Source: Minisyncoccota bacterium (GTDB lineage Bacteria; Patescibacteriota; Minisyncoccia; Phycocordibacterales; UBA9973). From it: a stretch of DNA of 64,000 nucleotides. The stretch covers positions 2,041 to 66,040 of the forward strand of contig JBDSNU010000017.1 in NCBI GenBank assembly GCA_039915165.1, read 5' to 3'. The translations under genes were made by a program, and so were the position numbers. Each line of letters starts with the position of its first letter. Position 1 is the stretch's first letter. Positions 45,829 to 55,767 of this stretch are shown here, piece by piece. The notes beneath the pieces were generated by a model. The model did no database searches. It was not told the origin of the DNA and worked only from the letters and a program-made list of their open reading frames with translations.

Positions 45829-46848
45829 ATGTGGAAACTTCCCGGAAAAAAGAAGCTCGGAATTGATCTTGGTACTGCCAATACGCTAGTTTTTATGGCA
45901 GGAAGCGGCATTGTGCTCAACGAGCCGACTGTGGTAGCAATCAACCGTACTACTAAATCAATTGAGGCAATTGGTAATGATGCAAAAGACATGATCGGTA
46001 AAACACCCGACTCTGTTTCTGTGCACCGACCTATGCAAGATGGTGTAATTGCCAACTATACTGTGACCTATGCTATGTTGCACCACTTCATAAACAAAGC
46101 CTTAGGACGAACATCCTTGTTCAAGCCTGATGTACTTGTTTCTGTTCCTGTTGGCATTACTTCAACGGAGCGTCGTGCTGTGATCGAAGCAACGATGAAA
46201 GCCGGTGCGCGCACTGCAATCATTGTGAAAGAACCAATTCTGGCGGCTCTAGGTGCTGGTGTTCCTATTAATGAAGCTCGCGGCTGTATGATCATCGACT
46301 CAGGTGGCGGTACGACTGATGTCGCAGTGATCTCTCTCGGCGGTATTATTGCTTCGACGTCTGTAAAATGTGCCGGTAATAAATTTGATCAAGCGATCAT
46401 CGACTATATTCGTCATACATATAATGTAGCGATTGGTGATCAGACTGCAGAAGAAATTAAAAAAACACTGTGCTCAGCATTGGCAGTAAATCCAGATGTC
46501 AGTGGGGAAGTAAAAGGACGCGACATTGTTACAGGCTTGCCAAAAACACTGACTATTACTACAAATGAGCTAGTAAAGGCTATTCAGTATGAATTGGAAA
46601 TTATTATTAAGGCAATTAAGACTGTCTTGGAAAATACCCCACCAGAGCTAGCATCAGACATTATCGACTACGGTATTGTTATGACAGGCGGCACTTCATC
46701 ATTGGCACATCTACCAGAGCTTATTGAGCAGCAAACTGGTGTAAAGGTTCGTCTTGCTGATGATCCTTTATACTGTGTAGTAAAAGGCACTGGTGTATTG
46801 CTCGGACACCTTGATGATTATAAGCGTTCTATTTTAGCGAAAAGATAA
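45829..46848 (+). CDS. mreB: Rod-shape-determining actin homologue MreB
   Basis: LGIDLGTANTLV, DSGGGTTDVAV, VMTGGTSSLAHL motifs. Confidence 0.85.
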   Translation: MWKLPGKKKLGIDLGTANTLVFMAGSGIVLNEPTVVAINRTTKSIEAIGNDAKDMIGKTPDSVSVHRPMQDGVIANYTVTYAMLHHFINKALGRTSLFKPDVLVSVPVGITSTERRAVIEATMKAGARTAIIVKEPILAALGAGVPINEARGCMIIDSGGGTTDVAVISLGGIIASTSVKCAGNKFDQAIIDYIRHTYNVAIGDQTAEEIKKTLCSALAVNPDVSGEVKGRDIVTGLPKTLTITTNELVKAIQYELEIIIKAIKTVLENTPPELASDIIDYGIVMTGGTSSLAHLPELIEQQTGVKVRLADDPLYCVVKGTGVLLGHLDDYKRSILAKR

Positions 46849-46860
46849 TACAATAGGTAT

Positions 46861-47490
46861 ATGACTATTGATGACTTCATAGCATCTGCCCCACAAAAAA
46901 CATTTTTATTACAAGGTGATGAAAATCAATTTGATGAGCTTTTTGCTACAGCTGTAGTAAATAATCCACTTACCAATGGCATGGCCGTACCACGCTTCAC
47001 TACTGACCATGCGAAAAATTTAGTAACATTTATCAACGAAGGCACAGGCACCGATAGATATTTTATTGTATATTTTTCTATTTTTTCTCCTGATGCAGCA
47101 GAGATCTTACTTAAATCTCTCGAAGAACCAGATCTTGATACAACTATTATTTTAATGACACCGCATCCTTATTTGGTGCCGGGAACTATTCGATCTCGAA
47201 CGATGCTTATACAATCCCACTCCGCACTGAGTGCTACGCGGGACGTCGCACCACGTATACTTTCAAGAGAGGTGGTGCTAGCCCAAATCAAAGATGAATT
47301 CGCCAGTGATGCAGATGACGATGCTGCAACGCGCCGAGCAAAAGCAATAGAGATGCTGGACATTCTTGAAGCCTATGTTCGATCGACTCCAAAAAAAGCC
47401 GATATAATTTATAAAGCCAAGGACATGCTCTTCGCTGGTAATCTGCCAACAAAGTATGTACTTGAATATGCGGCAAGTATGGTGCTCTAA
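46861..47490 (+). CDS. holB: DNA polymerase III delta-prime-like clamp-loader subunit lacking P-loop
   Basis: LLKSLEEPDLDTTIILMT...PGTIRSRTM matches the delta-prime box VII/sensor region (LLKTLEEPP...TIRSRC). No Walker A. Confidence 0.45.
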   Translation: MTIDDFIASAPQKTFLLQGDENQFDELFATAVVNNPLTNGMAVPRFTTDHAKNLVTFINEGTGTDRYFIVYFSIFSPDAAEILLKSLEEPDLDTTIILMTPHPYLVPGTIRSRTMLIQSHSALSATRDVAPRILSREVVLAQIKDEFASDADDDAATRRAKAIEMLDILEAYVRSTPKKADIIYKAKDMLFAGNLPTKYVLEYAASMVL

Positions 47491-47506
47491 CTTTATGGTA
47501 TAATCA

Positions 47507-48049
47507 TTGTCTATGTACGATTTAAACCCTTTCAAACAAGAAGTAAAACAAGCTCAAGAATGGCTTGTAAAAGAATATTCACAAATTCACACTGGTCGTG
47601 CTGCCCCAGCACTATTGGATGGAGTTAATGTAGAAGCCTACGGTTCATTTCAACCATTGAAGAATGTAGCCACTACTACTATTGAAGATCCAAAGACGCT
47701 TCGTATTTCACCGTGGGACAAAGGTCAGATCAAAGATATTGAGCGCGCATTGTATGCTGCTGACCTCAATTTCTCTGTAGTTGTTGATGATTCAGGTATT
47801 CGCGTTATCATTCCTGCACTAACTACTGAAACTCGTCAGAAACTTGCTAAGAGTGCAAAAGAACGTCTCGAAGATGCACGTATCACTATTCGCAAAGCCC
47901 GCGAAAGTGCTCTTGATGAATGTAAGAAACTTAGTCTTCCTGAAGATGCTATGCGTAATGCAAAAGAAGACATCCAGAAACTTGTTGATAGTGCAAACAA
48001 TGATCTTGAATCGTTGTACAAAAAGAAAGAAGGAGAAATTCTTAACTAA
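47507..48049 (+). CDS. frr: Ribosome recycling factor
   Basis: Full-length similarity pattern (IHTGRAAPALLDGVNVEAYG...ISPWDK...IERAL...DDSGIRVIIP...TEERR). Confidence 0.85.
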   Translation: MSMYDLNPFKQEVKQAQEWLVKEYSQIHTGRAAPALLDGVNVEAYGSFQPLKNVATTTIEDPKTLRISPWDKGQIKDIERALYAADLNFSVVVDDSGIRVIIPALTTETRQKLAKSAKERLEDARITIRKARESALDECKKLSLPEDAMRNAKEDIQKLVDSANNDLESLYKKKEGEILN

Positions 48050-48052
48050 TAT

Positions 48053-49105
48053 ATGACCATTATCATTTTCATCTTGGTGCTGCTCGTTACCGTTATCGTA
48101 CATGAATGGGGGCATTTTTTTATTGCGCGCAAAAGCGGGATGGCGGTAGAAGAATTTGGTTTCGGTATTCCACCACGATTGTTTTCATGGAAGCGAGGGG
48201 AAACACTCTACACTATTAACCTATTACCAATCGGTGGCTTTGTAAAAATCGCAGGTGAAAATGGTATTGAAGGCGGCTTTCCTGTTGAGAGACAGTTTGA
48301 ATCAAAGCCGTGGTATTTGAAGAGCGCTGTACTGATTGCTGGTGTCGTGATGAACCTCGTGCTCGCCATTGTATTGTTTACAGCTGCATATACTATCGGT
48401 ATGCCTGTAACCAGTGATCATGGCACTCCAACCATCGTAAGTGTTGTTGCTGGTTCTCCTTCAGCACAAAGTGGTTTATCTGTAGGCGACACTGTAACGA
48501 GTGTGACAGTTGGCGGTACTACATTGCCCGCCCCCATCTCTACAGATGCACTTCACAGTGCGGTGATGAAAAGCACTGGTCCTATTACGGTTACGTATAA
48601 TCACTTAGGCAAGTCTCACACAGTTGATGTGATGCCCTCTGGTAGTGGTGCTTCACGTATTGTTGGTCTAGCAATCGAACCTGTAAGTAATGTACGGTTA
48701 TCATTGCCAGCTGCATTTGTTGCAGCGTTGCACCAAACCTACACTATTGGTTCAGAAATTTTTAGTACACTCGCTAGTTTGATAGCCGGTATTTTTCATC
48801 ATAACAATACTGCTAGTGGCTTAGTAGGGCCTGTGGGTCTAGCTCAAGAAGTAGGAAGTGCGGCAAGTATCGGCTTCACCTACCTGCTGGCATTCACTGC
48901 AGCAATTTCAGTAAACTTAGCGGTCATCAATATTATGCCATTTCCAGCTTTGGATGGAGGGCGATTGATTGTAGTGCTCCTTGAGGCTATTACTCGACGC
49001 AAATTCTCGCAAAATACCGTTGGTATTATTCATGCAATTGGGTTTTTGCTTCTTTTGGGACTGATGGTATTTCTCACAGTCGGAGACGTTCGCCGGCTCT
49101 TATAG
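48053..49105 (+). CDS. rseP: RseP-type site-2 protease (M50) with PDZ domain
   Basis: HEWGHFFIAR (HExxH) in TM1, PDZ-like segment, C-terminal LDGG motif (ALDGGRLIVVL). Confidence 0.8.
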   Translation: MTIIIFILVLLVTVIVHEWGHFFIARKSGMAVEEFGFGIPPRLFSWKRGETLYTINLLPIGGFVKIAGENGIEGGFPVERQFESKPWYLKSAVLIAGVVMNLVLAIVLFTAAYTIGMPVTSDHGTPTIVSVVAGSPSAQSGLSVGDTVTSVTVGGTTLPAPISTDALHSAVMKSTGPITVTYNHLGKSHTVDVMPSGSGASRIVGLAIEPVSNVRLSLPAAFVAALHQTYTIGSEIFSTLASLIAGIFHHNNTASGLVGPVGLAQEVGSAASIGFTYLLAFTAAISVNLAVINIMPFPALDGGRLIVVLLEAITRRKFSQNTVGIIHAIGFLLLLGLMVFLTVGDVRRLL

Positions 49106-49193
49106 GGTAGGGAGGTACTCTTGACAAAAGTTTGACTTTTATTTTATATATGATAAAGTATTAACTATATAACTAATATAAAAACACAGACAC

Positions 49194-50228
49194 ATGGCAA
49201 CTATCAGTTTTAAACCTAAACAAGTCACTAAGCGCTTGCTTTCCAATCTCCAAGATCGCGCACATGACATTATCGTGAACCGATACGGTCTCGAGGATAC
49301 AGCTGATTCAAAAACACTGGAAGCAATCGGGAAAAAATACGGTATCACTCGTGAACGTGTTCGCCAAATCGAAAACGCGGCTCTTGCTGCGATTCGTAAG
49401 AGTGATAACTTCAAAGCCGAAACAAAAGTATTTGGTGAATTGAAGGAACTTGTAGAAGCTATGGGCAGTATGGTTCATGAAGATGACTTCCTTTCTTACG
49501 TGTCAAAAGACAAGGCAGTGCAGAACCACATTCGTTTTTATATGGTACTCGGTGATGAATTTGAAAAGATGAAAGAAGATGATCACTTCGAAACTCGTTG
49601 GACAGTTGATCAGGAACTTTCTGAAGTAATTCATGATGCATTACACAAAGTGTACAAAAGTCTCGATGACAAAGAATTGCTCAGTGAAGATGACCTTGTA
49701 GTACGTTTTCTTGATGAATTGAAAGGGGTAGCCGTTCAATACAAAAATGAAGAAGTTGCTCGTCGCTGGTTAAATATCTCAAAGAAAATCGGCAAAAATC
49801 CTCTCGGTGAATGGGGTCCTTCTGAATCTCAGAACATTAAAACTCGAGGCATCAAAGACTATGCATTCTTAATGATGCGCAAACATGGTTCACCGATGCA
49901 CTTCCGTGAAGTAGCAAAAGCTATTGTTGATACATTTGGTCGCAAGACACATGTTGCAACTACTCACAATGAATTGATCAAAGACCCACGTTTTGTTCTT
50001 GTTGGTCGCGGTTACTACGCGCTCTCTGAATGGGGATACAAGCCAGGTGTTGTGCGTGATGTTATTAAGGAAATTCTTGTAAAAGAAGGCCCTCTTACTA
50101 AAGAAGATGTTGTAGACCGAGTGTTAAAAGAACGTTTCCTTAAAAAGAACACTATTCTTGTTAACCTCCAGAACGCAAAATACTTTACTAAATTAGAGAA
50201 CGGTACATATACCGTTGCAAAGAAATAG
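49194..50228 (+). CDS. Protein with N-terminal sigma-70 region-4-like HTH, otherwise unassigned
   Basis: TLEAIGKKYGITRERVRQIENAALAAIRK is a classic region-4.2 HTH. No region 2 detected downstream. Confidence 0.4.
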   Translation: MATISFKPKQVTKRLLSNLQDRAHDIIVNRYGLEDTADSKTLEAIGKKYGITRERVRQIENAALAAIRKSDNFKAETKVFGELKELVEAMGSMVHEDDFLSYVSKDKAVQNHIRFYMVLGDEFEKMKEDDHFETRWTVDQELSEVIHDALHKVYKSLDDKELLSEDDLVVRFLDELKGVAVQYKNEEVARRWLNISKKIGKNPLGEWGPSESQNIKTRGIKDYAFLMMRKHGSPMHFREVAKAIVDTFGRKTHVATTHNELIKDPRFVLVGRGYYALSEWGYKPGVVRDVIKEILVKEGPLTKEDVVDRVLKERFLKKNTILVNLQNAKYFTKLENGTYTVAKK

Positions 50229-50231
50229 CAT

Positions 50232-50978
50232 ATGGCTGACGCTCCAAGTGGTGGTAGTGGAAGCGGCTGGGGTGCGCTTGAGGTAATCTTGGCGCTCATT
50301 CTCGGTATCGGACTTATTACGACACTTACTGGCGGCACTATTCAGCCACTCTTTGGTACAGCAACAACCGGCAAAAAAACTGTTGCGACTGGTACTGCAA
50401 AAACAACCGCGCCTACTGGATGCGGCATTGTTGTTAGTCGACCAAAAACAAAAGAAAAAGTAACTACTGAAGTAGCTGTGGCCGGTAGTTTCCCAGAATG
50501 TATTACAGCAGCAAATATTCCTACTACGATCAATGCACAAGTTGTTGATAGTACCGGCACACCGCTTTCTGTATATACTTCTATCCCCATAAATAAAGGA
50601 TTTTTTGGATTGGGTGGCGGATCTACTTTTAATGCGACTATTCCATTGGTTGGTGTAGCACATAGTACTAGCGGATATTTGATACTTTCTGCTCCAACAC
50701 AAGCAGATGGCAGTGTGTTATCTACACGTGTGGCGATTCAATTTGCCACAGGCACAACTTCCAATGCAACAAATGCTGGTCAGCCAACATATATTCCGAA
50801 TACCACTACGACTGGTGGTTCATATTTTGTACCTAGTACAACATATCCTTCAAATACCTCAGGACAAACAACTACGACCACCACTACTAATACAAATACT
50901 CAGACTACTGCACCGACCTATACTCCTCCTGCAACAACTACCGGATCAGGATCAGGTTCTGGAAGTAACACTTTTTAA
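50232..50978 (+). CDS. Secreted Thr/Gly-rich low-complexity protein
   Basis: N-terminal hydrophobic anchor. T-runs (TTTTTTTNTNTQTT) and GSGSGSGS tail. Confidence 0.45.
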   Translation: MADAPSGGSGSGWGALEVILALILGIGLITTLTGGTIQPLFGTATTGKKTVATGTAKTTAPTGCGIVVSRPKTKEKVTTEVAVAGSFPECITAANIPTTINAQVVDSTGTPLSVYTSIPINKGFFGLGGGSTFNATIPLVGVAHSTSGYLILSAPTQADGSVLSTRVAIQFATGTTSNATNAGQPTYIPNTTTTGGSYFVPSTTYPSNTSGQTTTTTTTNTNTQTTAPTYTPPATTTGSGSGSGSNTF

Positions 50979-51004
50979 ACACTCAATGGTATACTAATAC
51001 CTAT

Positions 51005-52270
51005 ATGCAACAAACGATCATCGCTCCTTCATTTTGGCAAGGAGTAATCGGACTTATTATCGCTGCTCCTGTACTAACATATCTTGCTTGGCATCTTTGG
51101 GTAACATATGTTCAGACACTTTGGCTCAATTCACTGAAGTGGACATTGTTAGAAGTGAAACCGCCAAAAGAAGTTTTTAAATCTCCACTAGCAATGGAGC
51201 TGGTGATTAATTCACTCTATCAAACAGGGGGTCACGGTAACTGGCTGCAAAAATATTGGCTAGGTGCTATGCGCGCATGGTTCTCATTGGAAATTGTTTC
51301 CAATGAAGGAAACATTCATTTTTATATTCGTACTCAAACTAAATTCAAAAATGTTATCCAGTCACAAATTTATGCGCAGTATCCACAAGCAGAAGTAAGT
51401 GAAGTAGAAGACTATACCAGTTCAGTGCCAGACTTCACGAGTGGTACTATTGGATTGTGGGGGTGTAATTTAGTATTAACAAAAGACGATCCATATCCTA
51501 TCAAAACATATATTGATTTTGGTCTTGACCGTGCAGTGGGTTCTTTGGATGAAGAGCAACGTATTGACCCTATCACTCCGATGTTGGAATTCATGGGCTC
51601 AATTGGTGTAGGTGAACAAATCTGGTTTCAAATTTTAGTGCGAGCAGATACCAAGCGTTTTACTATTAAAGGTAAAGAAGGGGATGAAACTGGTAAGGGC
51701 TGGACTGATAAAGCAAAAGAGCTGATCAAGGATTTTAATATTAGTCTGACTGAAAAAGATAAAGAAGGGAAAACTATTGCCACTCGCCGTGCTACAAAAG
51801 GTGAAATGGGTGTTATCGATGCATTAGAACGCAATGCCAGTAAGTTTGGCTTTGATGCTGGTGTACGCACACTGTATATCACTCAAAAAGATAAATTCGA
51901 TGCAAACAAAATTGCTGGATTAACAGGTATGGTCCGTCAATACAACTCCAATGATTTCAATAGTTTCAAGCCAGATGGCGCAACGGCTTTTGATTTCCCT
52001 TGGCAAGATATTACAGGCAAGAGAATTATCAAACTCAAACAAGGCATTCTTGATGCATACAAAGGTCGCGCTTATTTCTACGGAGCATTTGATATCAAGA
52101 AACCGGAAAAATATTTTACCTATCCTGAAAAGTCTGGTGCAAAGCCTTTTATTCTTTCAACAGAAGAGCTCGCTACAATGTTCCACTTGCCTGGTCGTGT
52201 TGCTGAAACTCCAAGCTTCACTCGTATTGAGGCGACAAAAGCAGAGCCACCAGCGAACCTTCCAATGTAA
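51005..52270 (+). CDS. Membrane-anchored hypothetical protein (421 aa)
   Basis: N-terminal TM (VIGLIIAAPVLTYLAWHLW). Confidence 0.45.
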   Translation: MQQTIIAPSFWQGVIGLIIAAPVLTYLAWHLWVTYVQTLWLNSLKWTLLEVKPPKEVFKSPLAMELVINSLYQTGGHGNWLQKYWLGAMRAWFSLEIVSNEGNIHFYIRTQTKFKNVIQSQIYAQYPQAEVSEVEDYTSSVPDFTSGTIGLWGCNLVLTKDDPYPIKTYIDFGLDRAVGSLDEEQRIDPITPMLEFMGSIGVGEQIWFQILVRADTKRFTIKGKEGDETGKGWTDKAKELIKDFNISLTEKDKEGKTIATRRATKGEMGVIDALERNASKFGFDAGVRTLYITQKDKFDANKIAGLTGMVRQYNSNDFNSFKPDGATAFDFPWQDITGKRIIKLKQGILDAYKGRAYFYGAFDIKKPEKYFTYPEKSGAKPFILSTEELATMFHLPGRVAETPSFTRIEATKAEPPANLPM

Positions 52271-52272
52271 TC

Positions 52273-53184
52273 ATGCAGCATTTTCACAGAGAATTTCAAA
52301 AAGGGTTTATTGGACAGGCATTACTCACTATCATACTGGGGGTGATATTTTTCAGTGCAGTGAACAAAACATTTGTGGCAGCTCCGAGTTCATTTCCCTC
52401 ACCATATACACTTACTGTTTCTTCTGGAGAAAGTTTGGCGGATATTTCAAAACAGCTGCGCACTGACGGCGCAATTACATCTGCTCGAGTATTTGAATTA
52501 TCAATGCGTATTCTTGGTGATGATAAACATATTAGTGAGGGAGAATATAGTTTTGATCAACCTTTGTCTTCACTGAGTATTGCTATGAGAATTTCTGGTA
52601 AAGAGTTTGGTATCAATAAACAAAAAATTACTTTCCCTGAAGGATATACCAATGCAGACATGGCGCACCATCTCAAACAAATATTTCCAGAATTTGATGC
52701 GACACAATTCATGGTGCTAACAAAAGAAAAACAAGGATATTTATTCCCGGACACATACAGTTTCTTCCCAACACCATTACCCGGTGATGTAGTAATTTCT
52801 ATTCAAAAAAATTATGAAAAGAAAGTTGCCCCACTACGTGATGATATTGCCGCCAGTGGTCATACAGAGTCAGAAATAATCATCATGGCGTCTATTATTG
52901 AAAAGGAGGCACACGGAGCGAATGATCGAGCTATCATTGCAGGTATATTGTGGAACCGTATTAATAATGGTATGGCATTGCAGGTTGATGCTGCTCCAAC
53001 CACATATAAACATAAAGGATTGCCGGACAGTCCTATTAGTAACCCTGGTCTTGCAACGATCAAGGCTGCTATTGCACCTGTTGCTTCAAACTATGTCTAC
53101 TATTTACATGACAGCGCTGGCAACATACACTATGCTTCTACTTACAAAGAACACGAACAGAATATTACAAAGTATTTAAAATAA
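52273..53184 (+). CDS. mltG: Endolytic murein transglycosylase MltG (YceG-like)
   Basis: N-terminal TM, YceG-like core with conserved Glu region (IIEKEAHG) and GLPP-like segment. Confidence 0.65.
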   Translation: MQHFHREFQKGFIGQALLTIILGVIFFSAVNKTFVAAPSSFPSPYTLTVSSGESLADISKQLRTDGAITSARVFELSMRILGDDKHISEGEYSFDQPLSSLSIAMRISGKEFGINKQKITFPEGYTNADMAHHLKQIFPEFDATQFMVLTKEKQGYLFPDTYSFFPTPLPGDVVISIQKNYEKKVAPLRDDIAASGHTESEIIIMASIIEKEAHGANDRAIIAGILWNRINNGMALQVDAAPTTYKHKGLPDSPISNPGLATIKAAIAPVASNYVYYLHDSAGNIHYASTYKEHEQNITKYLK

Positions 53185-53185
53185 T

Positions 53186-53728
53186 ATGATCCTCCAACAA
53201 TCACTGGCATTTATAGACGTAGAGACTACCGGTCTCGATCATGACAAGGCTGAAATCATTGAACTCGGTGTAGTTATCGCCAAGCTTCGAGATGGTGAAC
53301 TTGTCGTTACTGATCAGCTTGATGTGAAAATTCACCCAAAACATTTGGAGACTGCCGAACCGGCAGCACTTCGCATCAATGGCTATAACGAAGCTGATTG
53401 GATGTTTGCTGTTTCTCTTGAAGATGCAATGAAAAGTTTTGCGGACAAAACTGACGGTGCAGTATTCGTCGCGCATAATATTACTTTTGATTATGGTTTT
53501 GTTGAAAAAGCATTCAAAGACACTGGCATAGAAAACAAAATGCATTATCACAAGCTCGATACAATCGCTATGGCATTCGGTATTTTGCATGACCAAGATG
53601 ACATTAGCCGCTTTTCATTGAAAGCATTGTGCGAATACTACGGCATCGAAAATAAAAAAGCCCACTCAGCATTTGCAGATGCGTACGCAACGTATGAGGT
53701 GTTTAAGAAGTTATTAAAGTTGAAATAA
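53186..53728 (+). CDS. DnaQ-like DEDDh 3-prime-5-prime exonuclease
   Basis: Exo I FIDVETTGLD, Exo II VAHNITFDYGF, Exo III HSAFADAYATY. Confidence 0.7.
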   Translation: MILQQSLAFIDVETTGLDHDKAEIIELGVVIAKLRDGELVVTDQLDVKIHPKHLETAEPAALRINGYNEADWMFAVSLEDAMKSFADKTDGAVFVAHNITFDYGFVEKAFKDTGIENKMHYHKLDTIAMAFGILHDQDDISRFSLKALCEYYGIENKKAHSAFADAYATYEVFKKLLKLK

Positions 53729-53797
53729 GTACTACAGGTATACCCTGGCATCTATATCCACAGCCACTATATGTGCGTTGCTAAGCAAAGCACATAG

Positions 53798-54898
53798 TTG
53801 TGTGTTACTATCAAAATCGTGAAAGATAAAGAAACAATTTTAGTAGGGATCTCTGGCGGAGTGGATAGCTCTGTTGCAGCTTTTTTGTTGAAAGAGCAAG
53901 GATATGATGTTCAGGGGATTTTTGTGAAGACCTGGGCTCCTGACTGGGTGCCCTGTACATGGGTAGATGAAAAGAGAGATGCAATGCGTATTTGCGCCGC
54001 ATTGGATATTCCTTTTCATTTCCTCGATGCGAGTGAAGAATACAAACAAGGCGTTGCTGACTATATGATCAGTGAATACAAACTTGGGCGCACTCCCAAC
54101 CCGGACGTACTCTGTAACAAAATTATTAAGTTTGGTGCCATGTGGAAGTATGCACAAGAACACGGGGCAAAATTTATTGCCACCGGGCACTATGCGCGCA
54201 ATGCTCACATTGCGCGTCCCGAGGGAATCGAGGGATCTATTCTTCAAAAAGGGGTGGACCCTGCCAAAGACCAATCCTATTTCCTCTGGATGGTGCCAAA
54301 AGAACTACTCCCTCAAATCAAGTTTTCCATTGGTCATCTGCAAAAGAAAGAAGTACGTGCCATTGCGGAAAGAGCGGGATTGTTTACCGCAGTAAAAAAG
54401 GATAGTCAGGGTATTTGCTTCCTCGGTGAAATAGATATGAAAGATTTTTTACGTCACTACATTGATGAAAAGCCAGGAGTAGTACTAAATGATGATGGGG
54501 TAGTTGTTGGCGAACATAATGGTGTTTGGTTTTATACACTCGGTGAGCGTCACGGTTTTCGCATCACAGAAAAAGATACTAACCGCACGCCGTATTATAT
54601 TGTTGGCAAAGATGTTGAAAACAATACCATTACAGTTGCTCGTAGTGTAAATAATAATATCAAGACAGACGGCAAAGTGATTATAAAGTTGCGTGATACA
54701 AACTGGTTTATTGATCCAAAGCAGGGAATTGAGTACACGGCACAGATCCGATATCACGGAGCACTTTTGCAGGCAAAAATGCTCGATAGTCATACAGTGG
54801 TACTGCAATGTAATGAAGCAATTCCTCTCGGTCAATCATTGTTACTATATCAAGGTGACAATGTGATCGGTGGTGGAGTGCTTGACATTTTAGCATAA
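53798..54898 (+). CDS. mnmA: tRNA-specific 2-thiouridylase MnmA
   Basis: PP-loop SGGVDSSVAA, catalytic Cys region, GHYAR motif. Confidence 0.85.
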   Translation: MCVTIKIVKDKETILVGISGGVDSSVAAFLLKEQGYDVQGIFVKTWAPDWVPCTWVDEKRDAMRICAALDIPFHFLDASEEYKQGVADYMISEYKLGRTPNPDVLCNKIIKFGAMWKYAQEHGAKFIATGHYARNAHIARPEGIEGSILQKGVDPAKDQSYFLWMVPKELLPQIKFSIGHLQKKEVRAIAERAGLFTAVKKDSQGICFLGEIDMKDFLRHYIDEKPGVVLNDDGVVVGEHNGVWFYTLGERHGFRITEKDTNRTPYYIVGKDVENNTITVARSVNNNIKTDGKVIIKLRDTNWFIDPKQGIEYTAQIRYHGALLQAKMLDSHTVVLQCNEAIPLGQSLLLYQGDNVIGGGVLDILA

Positions 54899-54962
54899 AA
54901 GTGCTATAGTATTAGGGAAGTTCAAAGAGTTCATCACAAACAAACCACATAAAAAACACATC

Positions 54963-55199
54963 ATGAAAAAGTTACTTTCAGTTATCGCAGTATTAACTTT
55001 AATTGCTACCTCATTTTCTTCATGCGCAGTAGGTAATGCTGCCCTGAATGCTTACGCAAACGGATATCGCCCAGGCCAAACAATCTATGGCCCGCCAGCG
55101 CAACATCCATTTGGTTCCGTATCAACACATACTGACCCGGCCGTTGCTGCAGCACAAACACAACATGTTGCCTCCGTAGGCTTAGGCAGTACTTACTAA
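54963..55199 (+). CDS. Small secreted hypothetical protein
   Basis: Signal peptide with Cys (SFSSCAVG). Confidence 0.35.
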   Translation: MKKLLSVIAVLTLIATSFSSCAVGNAALNAYANGYRPGQTIYGPPAQHPFGSVSTHTDPAVAAAQTQHVASVGLGSTY

Positions 55200-55286
55200 A
55201 CCACTACCGGTTAAAATTCAAGAGCATATACATTTTATAAATGTGTATGCTTTTTTTATTTCCTCGCTCTACTGTATACTATCTGC

Positions 55287-55763
55287 ATGACTGCAATATT
55301 AACGAATGTTATTTATATTAAATTATTCATGGCCATGCTTTTGGGTATGATCTTGGGTGTGGAACGCTTTGTCGCCCACAAAACTGCTGGTATGCGCACC
55401 TACACATTGGTATCGCTTGGCGCTGCAATGTTTGTTGTTATTTCTCAAATGGTTTCTGCACAATACGGCATCACCACCTACGACTTTCACTTAGTAGCAG
55501 CCATTGTTTCTGCTGCCGGATTCCTTGGTGTCGGCTCTATCATTCGTAGTGATATGAAAGTGATCGGTATCACTACTGCAACAGGTCTCTGGGTTGCTAC
55601 TGGTATAGGTATGGCCTGCGGCTTTGGTTTTTATCAACTTGCTTCAATCGTAACAATGCTGACCCTCTTTGCATTTATAGTATTGTGGTTTGTTGAGAAA
55701 CAAGTAAGCAAACTTAGTATTATGAAAATCGATCCGACCACGCCGATCGATCCGCAGTTATAG
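55287..55763 (+). CDS. MgtC/SapB family membrane protein
   Basis: MLLGMILGVERFVAHKTAGMRTYTLVSLGAAMF is the family-defining N-terminal segment. Confidence 0.65.
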   Translation: MTAILTNVIYIKLFMAMLLGMILGVERFVAHKTAGMRTYTLVSLGAAMFVVISQMVSAQYGITTYDFHLVAAIVSAAGFLGVGSIIRSDMKVIGITTATGLWVATGIGMACGFGFYQLASIVTMLTLFAFIVLWFVEKQVSKLSIMKIDPTTPIDPQL

Positions 55764-55767
55764 AAAT

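Noticed and set aside
50193-50702. Minus-strand ORF 50193..50702 and the plus-strand ORF 50707..50997
   Set aside because: Antisense or alternative frame of the Thr-rich secreted protein gene. The Cys/Ser-rich translation reflects the ACN codon repeats.
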